This document shows positions 1 to 11,718 of a stretch of DNA of 64,000 bases, one piece after another. The translations under genes were made by a program, and so were the position numbers. Position 1 is the stretch's first letter; each line of letters starts with the position of its first letter. This DNA comes from Williopsis jadinii (lineage: Eukaryota): contig AP024666.1 in assembly GCA_024346625.1 (NCBI GenBank), forward strand, positions 1,178,001 to 1,242,000, read 5' to 3'. The notes under the pieces are model-generated. The model was given only the letters and a program-made list of their open reading frames with translations, was not told the origin of the DNA and ran no database searches.

Positions 1-589
1 ACTAATTTTTCACCAGATGTGGATGTCATTTCAAAAGTACTATAACCATCTATTGTAGATACTTTAAATATATACGTGCTATAACTAGCTATATGGGATG
101 ATGAGGGTAATGCAGAGACTCCCATGATGAAGAAATCCATAATGAAATAGCAGTACTTGCTAGTTCTACTACAGCAAAAGTAACAACTATTTCGTTATAT
201 TTGATTATATAGGCCGTTTCAGGTGTAGTCAGTGAAGATAGAGCCTTGTAGCCGGCAAACAGTAGATTATCTGATACTTTTTCGACATAGACAGTTGACC
301 CCGTGTAATTCATGTACCTCATCGCTGCATGATATGATTCATGGAATAATCTAAATCATCCACTCACAAAGCAAGAGCATGATCATCGATATGGTCAGAC
401 CGTAGCAATGAATGGATCCTGCTAGTAGAGAATATAATGATGTTCGCCTACACGAACAGAGAAAACTCATATGATTTTATATTCAAACCTAGTCATTACT
501 ATATAAGGAGTGGAGTATGGCTTCGATATCCACCAAAAGAAGAAAGAACAGAAAATTACTCAAACAGAACATCAAACAAGTAGGGATAA

Positions 590-1965
590 TCATTTCTTAC
601 CGACAACTTCCCAGGCATCGGAATCACCAACAGCCAATTTTCCGGTGTTCTCGATGAGAACCTTGACATTGGATTCTTCAGCAGGGGTCTCCTCAGCGTT
701 CTCGTGTTTTGGTTCCTCCTCTTCTTCCTCTTCATCATCCTCGGCAGCTAAAACGGAGAAAGCAGACTTTGAAGCAATTGGCTTTGGTGCATCCTCCTTC
801 TTTGTAGCATCAGCTGAAGCAGTTCCCTTCTTTTGTCTTGGAGGAAGGGTTCCAGAACCTCTAGCAGAACCCCAATCAAATTCTGGTTCTGCTTTCTTTG
901 GCTTTCTCTCTCTCTGAGGAAGAGATCCGGAACCTCTGGCAGAGCCCCAATCAAGTTCTGGACCTTCCTTCTTAGGTCTTCTTTCTCTAAACTCCCTACC
1001 ACCTTCTCTTTGCGGGAGTGAGGCAGCACCAGCTCTGGCAGAGCCCCAATCCAACTCAGGTTCTTCACGTCTTGGCTTACGTTCGTGGAATTCTCTACCA
1101 CCTTCTCTTTGAGGAAGAGAAGCAGCACCAGCTCTGGCAGAACCCCAGTCCAAATCAGGTTCTTCACGTCTTGGTCTACGCTCCTGGAATTCTCTACCGC
1201 CTTCTCTCTGTGGGAAGGCACCAGCACCAGATCTAGCAGAGCCCCAATCCAAATCAGGCTCTTCACGTCTTGGTCTACGCTCCTGGAATTCTCTGCCACC
1301 TTCTCTCTGTGGGAAGGCACCAGCACCAGATCTAGCAGAACCCCAATCCAAATCAGCATCCTCACGTCTTCTGGATCCGAAACCTTCCTTCTCTGGAGCA
1401 GCAACGGCAACGTAGACACGACGGCCAAACATCTCATTACCGGAGAACTTTAGGATGTTCTCGATGTCATCTCTTGAGGCCAATGTAACAAACGCAAAGC
1501 CTCTCAATCTTGAAGGATCGTTGAAGTCTCTTGGAGCTGAAATGTGTTGCACAGCATCAGTGGCCTGAAGAGATTCATGGATCCAGTCAGCAATGGAATC
1601 CTCAGATGCATCCCATGGCAAGTTGTTCATTCTAACTCTGTATGGAGGAGCATCTGGGATAGGGTACTCAACGTAGTCCCCTCTTGGGCCAGAGGAACCA
1701 GAGCCACCGAATGCCGGGTCTCGTGGGTTGGCTCCGCCAGTTGGAATACCAGTTTGACCAAAGTTCTTGGTGCTTGGGACGGCAATTGTGCTGAAGTCGA
1801 GGTCATCGTCAGCCCAAGAACCACCGCCAAAGGATTCGTCCTTCAAAAAGTCGGACAAGTCCATTCTAATCTGTTTCTGCTTTGGACCTGAATTGTTTTG
1901 CTTCCGTTAGTACATCCACTCTCGCCAAACATGAACCGAATAAAGGCACAACGGAACTCACCCAT
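590..1965 (-). CDS. TIF3: Translation initiation factor eIF4B (433 aa, 2 exons: 1965-1962, 1887-590)
   Basis: RRM (RGFAFVT), SWADDD motif and DWGSAR repeats. Intron 1961-1888 (GTGAGT..TACTAAC..CAG) gives N-terminus MGPKQKQIRMDLSDFL, like Tif3 MAPPKKTVKKMDL. Confidence 0.95.
845..1355 (-). repeat. Coding tandem repeat of eIF4B: six DWGSAR units, four of 33 aa (99 nt) then shorter units
   Basis: Near-identical 99-nt DNA units are visible, e.g. ccagcaccagatctagcaga twice. Confidence 0.95.
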
Positions 1966-2243
1966 CGTGTAAAGATTGATATATCACTCGTCTTGGTTGT
2001 ATAGCAAGTTTCCTCTGTGTCCACTGCGCAGTATTTACTCCTGGGGGAACTGTAGCCTGTGATGAAAGATAATATAGATTCTGGAAGAACAAAGCGTGTT
2101 TGATGTCCCAAAGATAACCTCTACTCTCGAATATAAACAGAGAATGAAAACGTTTCAAAAGCCTTCTCCAATGTCGAAGCAGCTCTATGCTCAGAAGTTT
2201 TTTCCTTTTCCCTCTGCTGCGATAATTCTCCAGCGCTCACGAG

Positions 2244-2253
2244 TGAAAAATTT
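2244..2253. promoter_or_regulatory. RRPE element upstream of TIF3
   Basis: TGAAAAATTT about 280 bp upstream of the TIF3 ATG. Confidence 0.5.
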
Positions 2254-2890
2254 CCACAGCTGAGCGCTGAGCACAGAAAACTCAAAAACTTTTCTACCCA
2301 TTTTTGGAATGTTCCAAAAACAGCATACGCTGTTCCGGAACGATGTAAGCCTGGGGGAAAAAGAAAAGTGTCGGAAGGTGGAGGACGTTCTCGGAAGAAA
2401 GTTCCCGGACAGGGGATTCTTCTCTCGTCAGCAAAGGAAGCTTGGAGTGCGTGCTTGTGAGGTTCCTGTCCGTCTGGCGCTGCCCGTCTGGCCCCGTCCG
2501 CCTGGCCCGTCCCGCCTGCCTGGACACTCACCACCGCCTGTTGACAGAATCCCTTCCAGCCCAAGGGGCCCGCAGACGGGGACGGGTGCTCCCAGCCCAG
2601 GCAGGGTTTTGTGTACCACGCTAACCAAAACATGCCGCACAGCTGAGCAGAAAATTGTACAGATAAAGTAAACCCCAACCTCTTGAGCTTTGTTGCTTGT
2701 TTTGTTTCTGCTTCTTGTTCACTTTTGTCTCTAATAACCTGTGAATACAGCAGCTTCTACATCCTGTGAACACATCTAAAGACTCTGCAACTGCAATTGA
2801 GCACTGAAGGGCACGCACTGGGAGAACTTCATTCGATCTCGCGCGCATCCGGCCTCTCCATATATTCCACACCAAGGGTTCTGCTTGTCA

Positions 2891-5800
2891 ATGTATACCA
2901 TGATAGCAGAGATTTTATCATCGCCCCGATTGTGGTCGCTTTTCAACATCGTGCTGGTGGTGTTCGTGCTGGCTCTCATTGTGCACTGCCTGTTGTGTGT
3001 TGGGCTGGGACTCTCTGTCGGATACATCAACCCGTTCTTGCTCAGCGTCTACCATGTTGGAATGATCTCCAAGGATATGACCATCAGGATAAGGTCCGTG
3101 CAGCTGAAACTATCGCTTTTTGACCTCTCGAACGTGCTGTTGGTGGTGGATGGTCTCGAGCTGACGCTGCGTAAGAAGGGGAGCAAGGAAGCGCCTAGCG
3201 AGCCTGTGCCTGTGCCTACGCTGGATGACCTCGGTCAGCTGGATCCAGATAGTCCAATTTGTATCTATTCACAGCATAAGAAGTTGAGGATGTTCGTCAA
3301 GTTTTATCTCTTCTACTTCAGGTTCATCGGCATTAAGCTGTTTGACATTGCCATAAAGACAGAAGATGGGTTTTGGAACATCCACATTGATTCCTTCCAG
3401 ACAAGGATTGATATGAATAGCAACAAGAAGGATAACGTCCAGGTGAAGGCTCGCATCATGCAAGCCAACATGAATACACTGGAAGCGCTAGATTCGCTGG
3501 CATTCGAGGCCACGGGTTCGTTGGACACTGAGAGTGGTGAATTGGGCGGACTCAAGTTGAAGATGGATACCAGGGCCATCACTTTGAGGGTCACATCCCT
3601 GATCAAGAGAATACAACATTCAAAGCTATCGGAACATCTCAAGTCTAAATCGGCAAACGAACCAGATGTGGATGAAGCTGATAAACTGCTTACACACATT
3701 CACCAGAAGATGATGTTTTTCTGTTTATGGGTACGTCTCATAGAATCTTGTGACATTTCGTTCCAAAGTCTGTGCATACGTGATTATCCGCTCGCTAGTT
3801 TTGGTATAGTTCGTTGTCCAGAGTATAAGCCCATGGCTGCTGTACATCTAAACGTCAAATCAATAGTGTTTTCCATGCAGAGGATGTTTGCAGATTCCCC
3901 TGGGTTCGGACTGACCTATAATCATGGTGATAAGCCATATCGGATTGTGGTGAATTTGACAGGTGTTTCAATGCAAATGGAGCACATTGGTGCTACGCCT
4001 CCAAAGGAGATTCTTTCTGTTCCAAACATTGCAATCACTGGTTCTTCGAACATTGCCTTCCGTACTCTGGAGGCTACTATCACCGGTGAGACATCTAAAG
4101 GTAAGGCAATCCTATCTGGCCATTTCTCTGAACCTCTACTGGATATGTCAACCAGCGAGATTTCCCTAGTTGTGCAAAGTGTCTTGAACTTTTTGACTTA
4201 TATGAGGCATATGTTTCCAGACGGGCACCAGAAGAAGCCTTCAAGGTCTTCAAACGGGAAGTCTTGGTTACTCTGTGAACGAGTCTCAAGCGTTTGGCCC
4301 ACTCTTAAGATGAAGGTTGGTATCGAGAACCCAATTTTCATGACGAAAAGTGCATTTGAGGATGACTTCTTGAGGATTTTGCTCTTGAGATCCTCTTTGA
4401 TCTCTTTAGAATTGGCAACCAAGAGAGACTTTACTGGAGATCGTCTCAGATACATCGCTTCTTCGAAACTGGCTGTCGACGATATGAAGATTGCTTTCCG
4501 TGATACCAAACTCGATCTGAGCGAAACTATTCTCAATGTTGGTGACATCAACACGACTCAACTATGTGAGATCTTGCCCACCACCAAATTATACTCATCT
4601 TTCTATACCGAAGATGTGAACTTGGATTTATCTCAAATACTGGTGCTAAATGGTGTGAATTACATAATAGGCGAACTTGATTCGATGATTGTACCTCAGT
4701 TTAGACACTTTCTGAGGAGTGCTAAGCTGGAAAGAGAACAATTTAGCGATACTTCTTCAGACGACTCTCAGGATGAAGAGCCAAAGAAAACTGATTCTAG
4801 AAGAACTATTGATATCGTTCATGGTATGATTCCAGAATGGCTAAAGAAGGCTGAGCATTGCTGTACCGATACAAATATCATTGTGGGATCCCGTTCCGTG
4901 CTGCTCAATAAAGACCTTATAAAATCTATCCATCCTCAAGCGAAGAATGATCTGATTAATGATGAGCTGAGAAAGGTACAATTTTCTGTTGAGAAGTGGA
5001 GTCTTACTTTTGACACCAGCGATGAGGACTTGGACGAAGCAGCATCAAGTACCATGGTTTCGCTAGAAGATGATGACATGGGACTTCTTGACACGTTTTC
5101 AGAGGACAGTGGTGGTTCAGATAAATGGAAAGTGAACTTTTGTTGTTCGAAAACTCTTGGAAAAATCGTATCTGAGAAAAGCAGTGATAAGCATGAACTA
5201 CACAATAAAGTGTTTCTTAAAGTTCCAGATACAGCTATCACGTTCAAGCCTTGTCCAAATGGCGAGGACGAACTGTACCTTTCTTGGAAAGTGTCCAGGA
5301 TTGAGGCTTTCTACTCTGTTATCACTCATTTCATCATAATATCTGGGTTTCATCTAGTAAGAAACACCATATTTGAATTCATGCACAAGAACCCAATTGG
5401 AGGGACCTGGACTGACAAGAGTTCAAAGCCAAAGTCAAGTGGTATTGGCAAGAAGATCTTACAACAGGTGCAACTGAGCATGGATGTCGGTATGATTGAT
5501 CTTATTGTGGTTATGCCAGATCGAATGAAGATGAGATTAGAGCTTACAGACTTTGATGTTGAAGGCAGCATAGCATCTCCGATCAGCGTTGGTGCATCTT
5601 ATACTCGACTTTGCACAGAGTCGCCAACATCTCCAGGATATTGGTCAAGACTGATCACTGCTGTCAATGGTACTACGATGGTGAACTTACCAACAATACT
5701 GGCTAAAGGCGATGGTCCATGGGTTGAAACTGGGAATGAATCATGCCACATTGCAACACCTCATCAACTTATCATTTATCGTATATTTGACAACATATCG

Positions 5801-8800
5801 GTCATGTTTAAGACTCTCAAACAACTTCATTATTCGTTGAAATGGAATTCCGATGAAATCGTTATCAACCCAAGTCTGATGAAGCCTAAGAAATTACCGA
5901 AAATTAACCTCAGATCTAATAAGCTTGAATTCAGTATGGAAGATGACCCATTTGAATCGGAGCTCAATATGATCTTCCAGATTGGCCTTCTCGAACAGAA
6001 AATGCGTCTTGAGAAGTTGCATGTGTTTGAAACACGTTTGAAAGAGGCATTGCAGACAAAGGTCAAACCGGCAACCCCATTATCTCCAACTTCAAAGGTT
6101 TCCAAAAAGATCGGAGTGGAGGATGCTGTTCATTCCATACGTTCGGTGCCAAAGAAAATCAGCCAGATTGTTGCTGGTAATACAAATTCTGTCTCAGCAT
6201 TCCCAGTTGAAGACGATAACAGCTTTATGTCTCCTCAACATTGGACACCAGAAAACACCAAGCAATACTTGAACAAAATCTATGAAGGGTTCTCTAAATC
6301 CTGGATTACTAGAGTTAAGGCTTACCGTAAGAAGCTTGAAGATAATTTTACCGACAATTTTCATTATATCTGGGGTATTATTGACTCAAACTCATTTCCA
6401 CCAGGCTTCAACAATAGAGTGTTGGATTTCATTAAAGATCCCCCATTGTTTAGTTTGATCCTTGAAGGCTTAGACCTTGATATCGGTGAACCGGAGTGTG
6501 GAATTCAGAATCTACCTGATTTCCTGTATGACGTTGGTAAAGGAGTACCAAAGGATTCGAAATACTCTACGTTGATTCCACTCCACATCGACCTGAAGCT
6601 AGATGAACTCAAATGCCACTTGAGAGATTACCCTCTACCCTTCATATATATGCCGAGATTATCTGTGAAACAGAAATCTGATTCAACTGCTATCAGGATC
6701 CATGGTGACCTTGTGGTTGGAGAGTTCATGATCAAGTCCCGTGATGAGGTTAGAGAAGTATATGTCCCACTTGTTCCTGGGTGTGGAGAGTTTGATGAAG
6801 ATAATTGTTATTCTATTGAGGTCCCGAAGACCCTCACGTCGATCAAATTCTATACACGTCTTGATTGGGAGTTGCACTCAGAGTATGCTACTCAAGTGTC
6901 TTGGTCAAGCTCATATCAACCTTGTATCGAGCAGTTGATCCTCAACTTGGATAACTTCACCAAACCTCCAATTGATCTTTCAGAGAAAGTTGGTTTCTGG
7001 GACAAGATCAGAGCAAATCTACACGCTCGTGTGTTCTTTAAATTCAACGAATCAGGTCGTCTCGATGTTGTTTTCAAGGGCTCGAAGAATCCATATGCCA
7101 TTGGTGGAGATTCTTCTGGTTTCCTTCTTGGGTTTAAGGATGATGTATCCTTGACGTTAAACGGTAACGATGATCCGACAGACTTTATCTATGCTAAAGC
7201 CAATCAAGTTTGGTTCTGTACTCCAAATCACTTTGCTCAACCGCTAAAGGTGTGGTCAAGGTCCACCAAGAATGCAGTTCTACTATCTGATACTTCAACA
7301 AATTACCAGAGTTCGTCCTTTGGTTATTACCTTGGTGTTGATGGGCCCCCAGATATATCTCAGGTTAATGCCATGAAGGATTCATACATCGAGAAGCATG
7401 TTATCAAGCTCACTGGTGGGGTGAGTTTTAAGCTGGGCTTCTTCTTTGAAAGAAAGATCCATGGTTCACTCGAAAGAACATCAGATTTTATTCCCCACTT
7501 TGATGTTACTCTGATAAATCCAAAGTATGTCAAAGACAGAAACAATTATGATGCCTATAGAGGATTCAGAAGTCAATATATCCACATGGCTTTATCGCTT
7601 ATTTCAGTGGAATCTGACGCTTACAATACAATTCAATTGACACCTGTGACGTTTGAATACTTCTTCAAATGGTGGAAGATGTTTTCTAATACTTTGCCAA
7701 TTCGTCATGGTAAGCTTTTTGGGCCAGAGAAACAGACCAAGAAGTTTTCACGCCATCTATTCACTATAAAGTACCAAGCAATAATTGAGCCACTGTTTGT
7801 ATCTCATGGTTACCATAATCTTGAACATAAAGGACAGAACCACGAGTCCGATTGTGTTGGTATAAAGGGGAGGGCTTCGAAGTTTGTGCTTGATCTTCAC
7901 CAACGTAAGGAGCTGACTTTTGAATACAACGAGAAGCTGGGGATCACCAAGAAGGCAATGAAAATGAAATTTAATACTGGCAAAGTTGACTTAGAGCAAT
8001 TCGACGTCAGGGTCATGGAGGCACTATTTGAAGATGTCGGATGTGCTGATGCTGATAGTACCAAGAAACCCCGTCACATATTTTCTACTTTTGACGGAGA
8101 TGAGACCTGGTTTGATCTCAAGGACTTCGATGAAATTGGTGAACCGACACACACAATGATGAACACAAATGTCGTTATTTCTCCCATAATGTACACACCA
8201 AGATTCTTGTACTTCAAACGGAATGACTACGGTGACAAGTATCAAATTGACAGTGAGACAGGAAAGCTGGTTGTTCCCTTTGGTAACGAAAAATTCCACA
8301 CATGTGTCATTGATTCTCACCCATCTTCTCATACTCAAGACGAACTTTTCACCATCAGGATAGAAGAGTTAGAAGCCAAGTTCAAAGATAACAATGAAAA
8401 GATTGAAAAGCTCTCCCTCAGTGTGAATGCAAACGATCAGAAAATATTGAGAAATCTGAAGTTTGATAATGAGCAACTACGCGAGGGAATTAACTTCATC
8501 AAGGGCTTGAATCATGAGCGTGCCAAAGGAGATGGTTTGTTGCTACCTGAGGACACAACAAGTGAGGAGACATTTATCAACTGCTTTATTGTTCACAACA
8601 TGATGCTTAAATGGAATGACCAGAACAGAGATATCATGTATCGATACATGTTTATATCTGATATGAGAGACACGATTTCCCATTTTTCTCAGCACAAGTC
8701 ATTGGGACATATTGATGAAGCCATTGAAACTCAACGCGTTGCTAATTATGAGGGGCAGGAGGCACGTCACTCACTTTCCAAGGTAACTACTTATGCAAGT

Positions 8801-10708
8801 TTGATGAGCAGTAAACAAGCAAATGATCCAGATTTAAGCATCAATACTTCCAGAGCCTCTGAACACATGAGACACTTTAAGGAAGATTTACGTGAATTGC
8901 TCATCGATTCTCCTTATAAAATACACAACAATTATCTTGTCAAGTTGATTTCTCCCCAGATCCAATTACAGAGCCAAGAGGATAAAGATGCCGTTGTCCT
9001 TGTTGTTGCTCCAAAGATTGAAATGGATGGTTTAGCCTTTGATTCCAATCAAGACGAAGATAATAACGATGAGCATATTATCGAAAAAAGATTCGGTGTT
9101 TCATTAACGGATGCTAGTATGTTTTTGTTCCACGAGGGCGAATACATGTCTACAGGAAAGCTGTTCTTCAACTCCTCTTCCTATGGTTCGTTGACGAACT
9201 GGCCACCATGGTTGGGTGTTGAGCTGTGTTATGATGGATCTTTGATCAATAGTCATGTCTTGATGGAGAAGACAACCATAATGATACAATTTGATAAGCC
9301 AACATCGTTCTTTATCGGACCAGAAGAAGAAGATATTACCAGGTTATCTACAAACTTATCTCAGGTGACGTTGAAGTGTGATAGTAAACAGTACAACTCG
9401 TTGTATTCAATAATCATGAACCTGCTCATCTATAATGACCCAAAGAACTTGAGGATCAAGCAACTTGAATCTAAAATGTTGTTGAGTTTGGACTTTGATG
9501 ATCTTGCTACCATAAAGAATCGTATTGTGGCTTTACAAAGATACTCTGTACAGCTTCAGGAGATCATTGACAATTTTTCTTCGAAGAGGAGTGTGCTTGA
9601 TGACCTGGATTTGAATGATTTGAACCTACTAAAGGGAAGCCGCTTCGAAATTCTCCAAGAACTGTTCTTGATGATGAAGGTCTCTGCAGTTGGTACAAGA
9701 AAATCAGTGGATCAAGCGACAGACTTCTTGGAATGGAATATCAAAGCCGATGACATTAAGCTTCACATGTTGGATGAACATAGACGTCCGTTCCTGGATG
9801 TGATTTTATCCAACTCACACTTCAAGCGTATTGAAAGCTCTGACCATTCTGACCGGAACTCTATTATCATTGATAATCTTGAAGTTATAAACCTGGACAA
9901 GGATTCTAATCTGCCGGTACTCTTCTCATCCTTTGATAAAGACCACGGCAAGGCCAAGAAGAAGAAGAAGCAGGTTGTGCACGAGGGTGATATTGACCCA
10001 CTTATTGTCATCACATGGCATATGGACTATCCTGTGGGTGGCATCAGACTCATGCGGAAATTTGATATTGCGATCAAACCTGTCCAGCTAAGTATTGAGG
10101 AGATTACCGGTACACGGATCTTGCACTACGTATTCCCAGATCAAGACATCGAGGAAGCCGAAAGGAAATCTGATGATGCCAACAGTATTAAGACGGGCCA
10201 ATCAAGTGTGAATACGAGCCCAAGAAAGCTAGCAAAACCCAAACCAAGCCAATTGTCATTCCATAGAAATGACTCTGAAATTGACAGTCCAAGGTCTAGT
10301 ATTGCAAACGGTCGAAACGGCATTGATCAATTAGTCACTGTGACATCCACCAATGAATCCGAGACAGACGAGGAAATGGATGATATGTTAGAGAGAGCTT
10401 CAAAGTTCCTCAGCTTCAACTCCTTTAGACTGAGAACAGCTGTTCTATGTGTCACTTTTAGGGGGAAAGGTTCTAAGAAGCTCATCAACGTTTCCAACTT
10501 TGTTTTCACATTACCTGAAGTCGCATTCAGCAATAAGACACTGACACTGCTTGATCTTGCGATGTATATCAAAAAGATGTGCGTGAAGGCTCTTTTGAGC
10601 CATACCGGAAGTATCTTGGGTAACAAATTGACCAGTCATGACAGTAAACAGCACGTGAAGAACATCAGCCCCTATGCTTCTGACAGAATCAACAGCTTCA
10701 GAGATTGA
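2891..10708 (+). CDS. FMP27: Hobbit/BLTP2-family bridge-like lipid transfer protein (Fmp27/Ypr117w type), about 2605 aa
   Basis: N-terminal TM segment. Family motifs DDPFESEL, LRDYPLP, GFWDK, YDAYRGFRS, SPQIQL, WPPW, PVGGI. First ATG at 2891. Confidence 0.9.
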   Translation: MYTMIAEILSSPRLWSLFNIVLVVFVLALIVHCLLCVGLGLSVGYINPFLLSVYHVGMISKDMTIRIRSVQLKLSLFDLSNVLLVVDGLELTLRKKGSKEAPSEPVPVPTLDDLGQLDPDSPICIYSQHKKLRMFVKFYLFYFRFIGIKLFDIAIKTEDGFWNIHIDSFQTRIDMNSNKKDNVQVKARIMQANMNTLEALDSLAFEATGSLDTESGELGGLKLKMDTRAITLRVTSLIKRIQHSKLSEHLKSKSANEPDVDEADKLLTHIHQKMMFFCLWVRLIESCDISFQSLCIRDYPLASFGIVRCPEYKPMAAVHLNVKSIVFSMQRMFADSPGFGLTYNHGDKPYRIVVNLTGVSMQMEHIGATPPKEILSVPNIAITGSSNIAFRTLEATITGETSKGKAILSGHFSEPLLDMSTSEISLVVQSVLNFLTYMRHMFPDGHQKKPSRSSNGKSWLLCERVSSVWPTLKMKVGIENPIFMTKSAFEDDFLRILLLRSSLISLELATKRDFTGDRLRYIASSKLAVDDMKIAFRDTKLDLSETILNVGDINTTQLCEILPTTKLYSSFYTEDVNLDLSQILVLNGVNYIIGELDSMIVPQFRHFLRSAKLEREQFSDTSSDDSQDEEPKKTDSRRTIDIVHGMIPEWLKKAEHCCTDTNIIVGSRSVLLNKDLIKSIHPQAKNDLINDELRKVQFSVEKWSLTFDTSDEDLDEAASSTMVSLEDDDMGLLDTFSEDSGGSDKWKVNFCCSKTLGKIVSEKSSDKHELHNKVFLKVPDTAITFKPCPNGEDELYLSWKVSRIEAFYSVITHFIIISGFHLVRNTIFEFMHKNPIGGTWTDKSSKPKSSGIGKKILQQVQLSMDVGMIDLIVVMPDRMKMRLELTDFDVEGSIASPISVGASYTRLCTESPTSPGYWSRLITAVNGTTMVNLPTILAKGDGPWVETGNESCHIATPHQLIIYRIFDNISVMFKTLKQLHYSLKWNSDEIVINPSLMKPKKLPKINLRSNKLEFSMEDDPFESELNMIFQIGLLEQKMRLEKLHVFETRLKEALQTKVKPATPLSPTSKVSKKIGVEDAVHSIRSVPKKISQIVAGNTNSVSAFPVEDDNSFMSPQHWTPENTKQYLNKIYEGFSKSWITRVKAYRKKLEDNFTDNFHYIWGIIDSNSFPPGFNNRVLDFIKDPPLFSLILEGLDLDIGEPECGIQNLPDFLYDVGKGVPKDSKYSTLIPLHIDLKLDELKCHLRDYPLPFIYMPRLSVKQKSDSTAIRIHGDLVVGEFMIKSRDEVREVYVPLVPGCGEFDEDNCYSIEVPKTLTSIKFYTRLDWELHSEYATQVSWSSSYQPCIEQLILNLDNFTKPPIDLSEKVGFWDKIRANLHARVFFKFNESGRLDVVFKGSKNPYAIGGDSSGFLLGFKDDVSLTLNGNDDPTDFIYAKANQVWFCTPNHFAQPLKVWSRSTKNAVLLSDTSTNYQSSSFGYYLGVDGPPDISQVNAMKDSYIEKHVIKLTGGVSFKLGFFFERKIHGSLERTSDFIPHFDVTLINPKYVKDRNNYDAYRGFRSQYIHMALSLISVESDAYNTIQLTPVTFEYFFKWWKMFSNTLPIRHGKLFGPEKQTKKFSRHLFTIKYQAIIEPLFVSHGYHNLEHKGQNHESDCVGIKGRASKFVLDLHQRKELTFEYNEKLGITKKAMKMKFNTGKVDLEQFDVRVMEALFEDVGCADADSTKKPRHIFSTFDGDETWFDLKDFDEIGEPTHTMMNTNVVISPIMYTPRFLYFKRNDYGDKYQIDSETGKLVVPFGNEKFHTCVIDSHPSSHTQDELFTIRIEELEAKFKDNNEKIEKLSLSVNANDQKILRNLKFDNEQLREGINFIKGLNHERAKGDGLLLPEDTTSEETFINCFIVHNMMLKWNDQNRDIMYRYMFISDMRDTISHFSQHKSLGHIDEAIETQRVANYEGQEARHSLSKVTTYASLMSSKQANDPDLSINTSRASEHMRHFKEDLRELLIDSPYKIHNNYLVKLISPQIQLQSQEDKDAVVLVVAPKIEMDGLAFDSNQDEDNNDEHIIEKRFGVSLTDASMFLFHEGEYMSTGKLFFNSSSYGSLTNWPPWLGVELCYDGSLINSHVLMEKTTIMIQFDKPTSFFIGPEEEDITRLSTNLSQVTLKCDSKQYNSLYSIIMNLLIYNDPKNLRIKQLESKMLLSLDFDDLATIKNRIVALQRYSVQLQEIIDNFSSKRSVLDDLDLNDLNLLKGSRFEILQELFLMMKVSAVGTRKSVDQATDFLEWNIKADDIKLHMLDEHRRPFLDVILSNSHFKRIESSDHSDRNSIIIDNLEVINLDKDSNLPVLFSSFDKDHGKAKKKKKQVVHEGDIDPLIVITWHMDYPVGGIRLMRKFDIAIKPVQLSIEEITGTRILHYVFPDQDIEEAERKSDDANSIKTGQSSVNTSPRKLAKPKPSQLSFHRNDSEIDSPRSSIANGRNGIDQLVTVTSTNESETDEEMDDMLERASKFLSFNSFRLRTAVLCVTFRGKGSKKLINVSNFVFTLPEVAFSNKTLTLLDLAMYIKKMCVKALLSHTGSILGNKLTSHDSKQHVKNISPYASDRINSFRD

Positions 10709-10836
10709 ACAGGGTCAAACAACAAACACTCTATGTACTCTATGTACTTTATTCAAAGCTACTATTAATATGTAATTTTGTTCTGTTACTCTACAAAGTA
10801 CAACGTTCACAGATTATCATTAATTATTCATTAGAA

Positions 10837-11304
10837 TTACTCCACACGGCGTTTCTTCATGGCTTCATCAGTCTTTACCTTTGCCTTTCTCTTTGTTCCC
10901 TGAGGATCACCAATTCCTAATATGGAGGAGTCAAATCCGGGCACACCACTCTCCAGTGTTTTGGAGAAGCTGACGTTGTACTTGAGAGCCGTTGGATCAA
11001 ACTTGGTCACTTGAATTGGCGCACCTTCTCTATCAGGTGCATACACAATCGGTGATAAATCACGTTCAGTGGCAATAGGTACATGCCTTGATGTGAGGTC
11101 AGATATGTGTGCCTTGTAAGATTTCCTCAGCTTAACACCTTTAGTACCATCTTTATTCAAACGAGCCACAGAGTCTGCGATGGTATCCAAGTTGTATAGT
11201 GATATCAGGTTCTGTGTTGGATGAGGTTGTGAACGTGTATATTTGCATGTGCTATCAATATAGTAATAGCTATCTTCACCTGAAGGAGTTGATTGATCAG
11301 CCAT
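10837..11304 (-). CDS. ROX3: Mediator subunit Med19
   Basis: YYYID..PHPTQNLISLYNLDTIADSVAR..GVKLRKSYK. Divergent from RPL32 as in S. cerevisiae. Confidence 0.92.
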   Translation of the reverse strand: MADQSTPSGEDSYYYIDSTCKYTRSQPHPTQNLISLYNLDTIADSVARLNKDGTKGVKLRKSYKAHISDLTSRHVPIATERDLSPIVYAPDREGAPIQVTKFDPTALKYNVSFSKTLESGVPGFDSSILGIGDPQGTKRKAKVKTDEAMKKRRVE

Positions 11305-11718
11305 TGTGTACTATACTAGCAGTAGTCTCTGAGTCAATATGGAACAAAACAAGCACTTGTTCTTTCCCTTATTTCCCTGTTGAAATTCCCCCTATGTTAT
11401 AATGTCCCACATTAGTGAAGCCCTGGAATGAAATCAGGTGATATCGCATAGGGCTCGGGCAACCTATACGTGGTGTTAAGATGTCCCGCGGAGGACACTT
11501 TTGTGACTTTGAAAAATTCACTAACTTAGCGTGAACCCAAGCAAAAAAGCTGAAATTTAGATTACATAATCATTCGCTTTTGCCTGGTTTGAGCACGCTT
11601 CACTAGTAACCCGTCGCTGGCCTCGCACAATCACTCACACAAATTGAAATTTTTACCTTACCTTCCATCGAAAGAGCCTTTAGAAGACGTTTAGAGTACA
11701 ACACAAACTAGAGACAAG

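Noticed and set aside
89..322. 77-aa ORF and two ATGATGA (box C-like) motifs at the window start
   Set aside because: No recognisable homology, no suitably spaced box D or terminal stem, and no rRNA guide recognised.
510..1891. Repetitive alternate-frame ORFs overlapping TIF3
   Set aside because: Shadows of the 99-nt coding repeats; not a CRISPR-like array, since there are no unique spacers.
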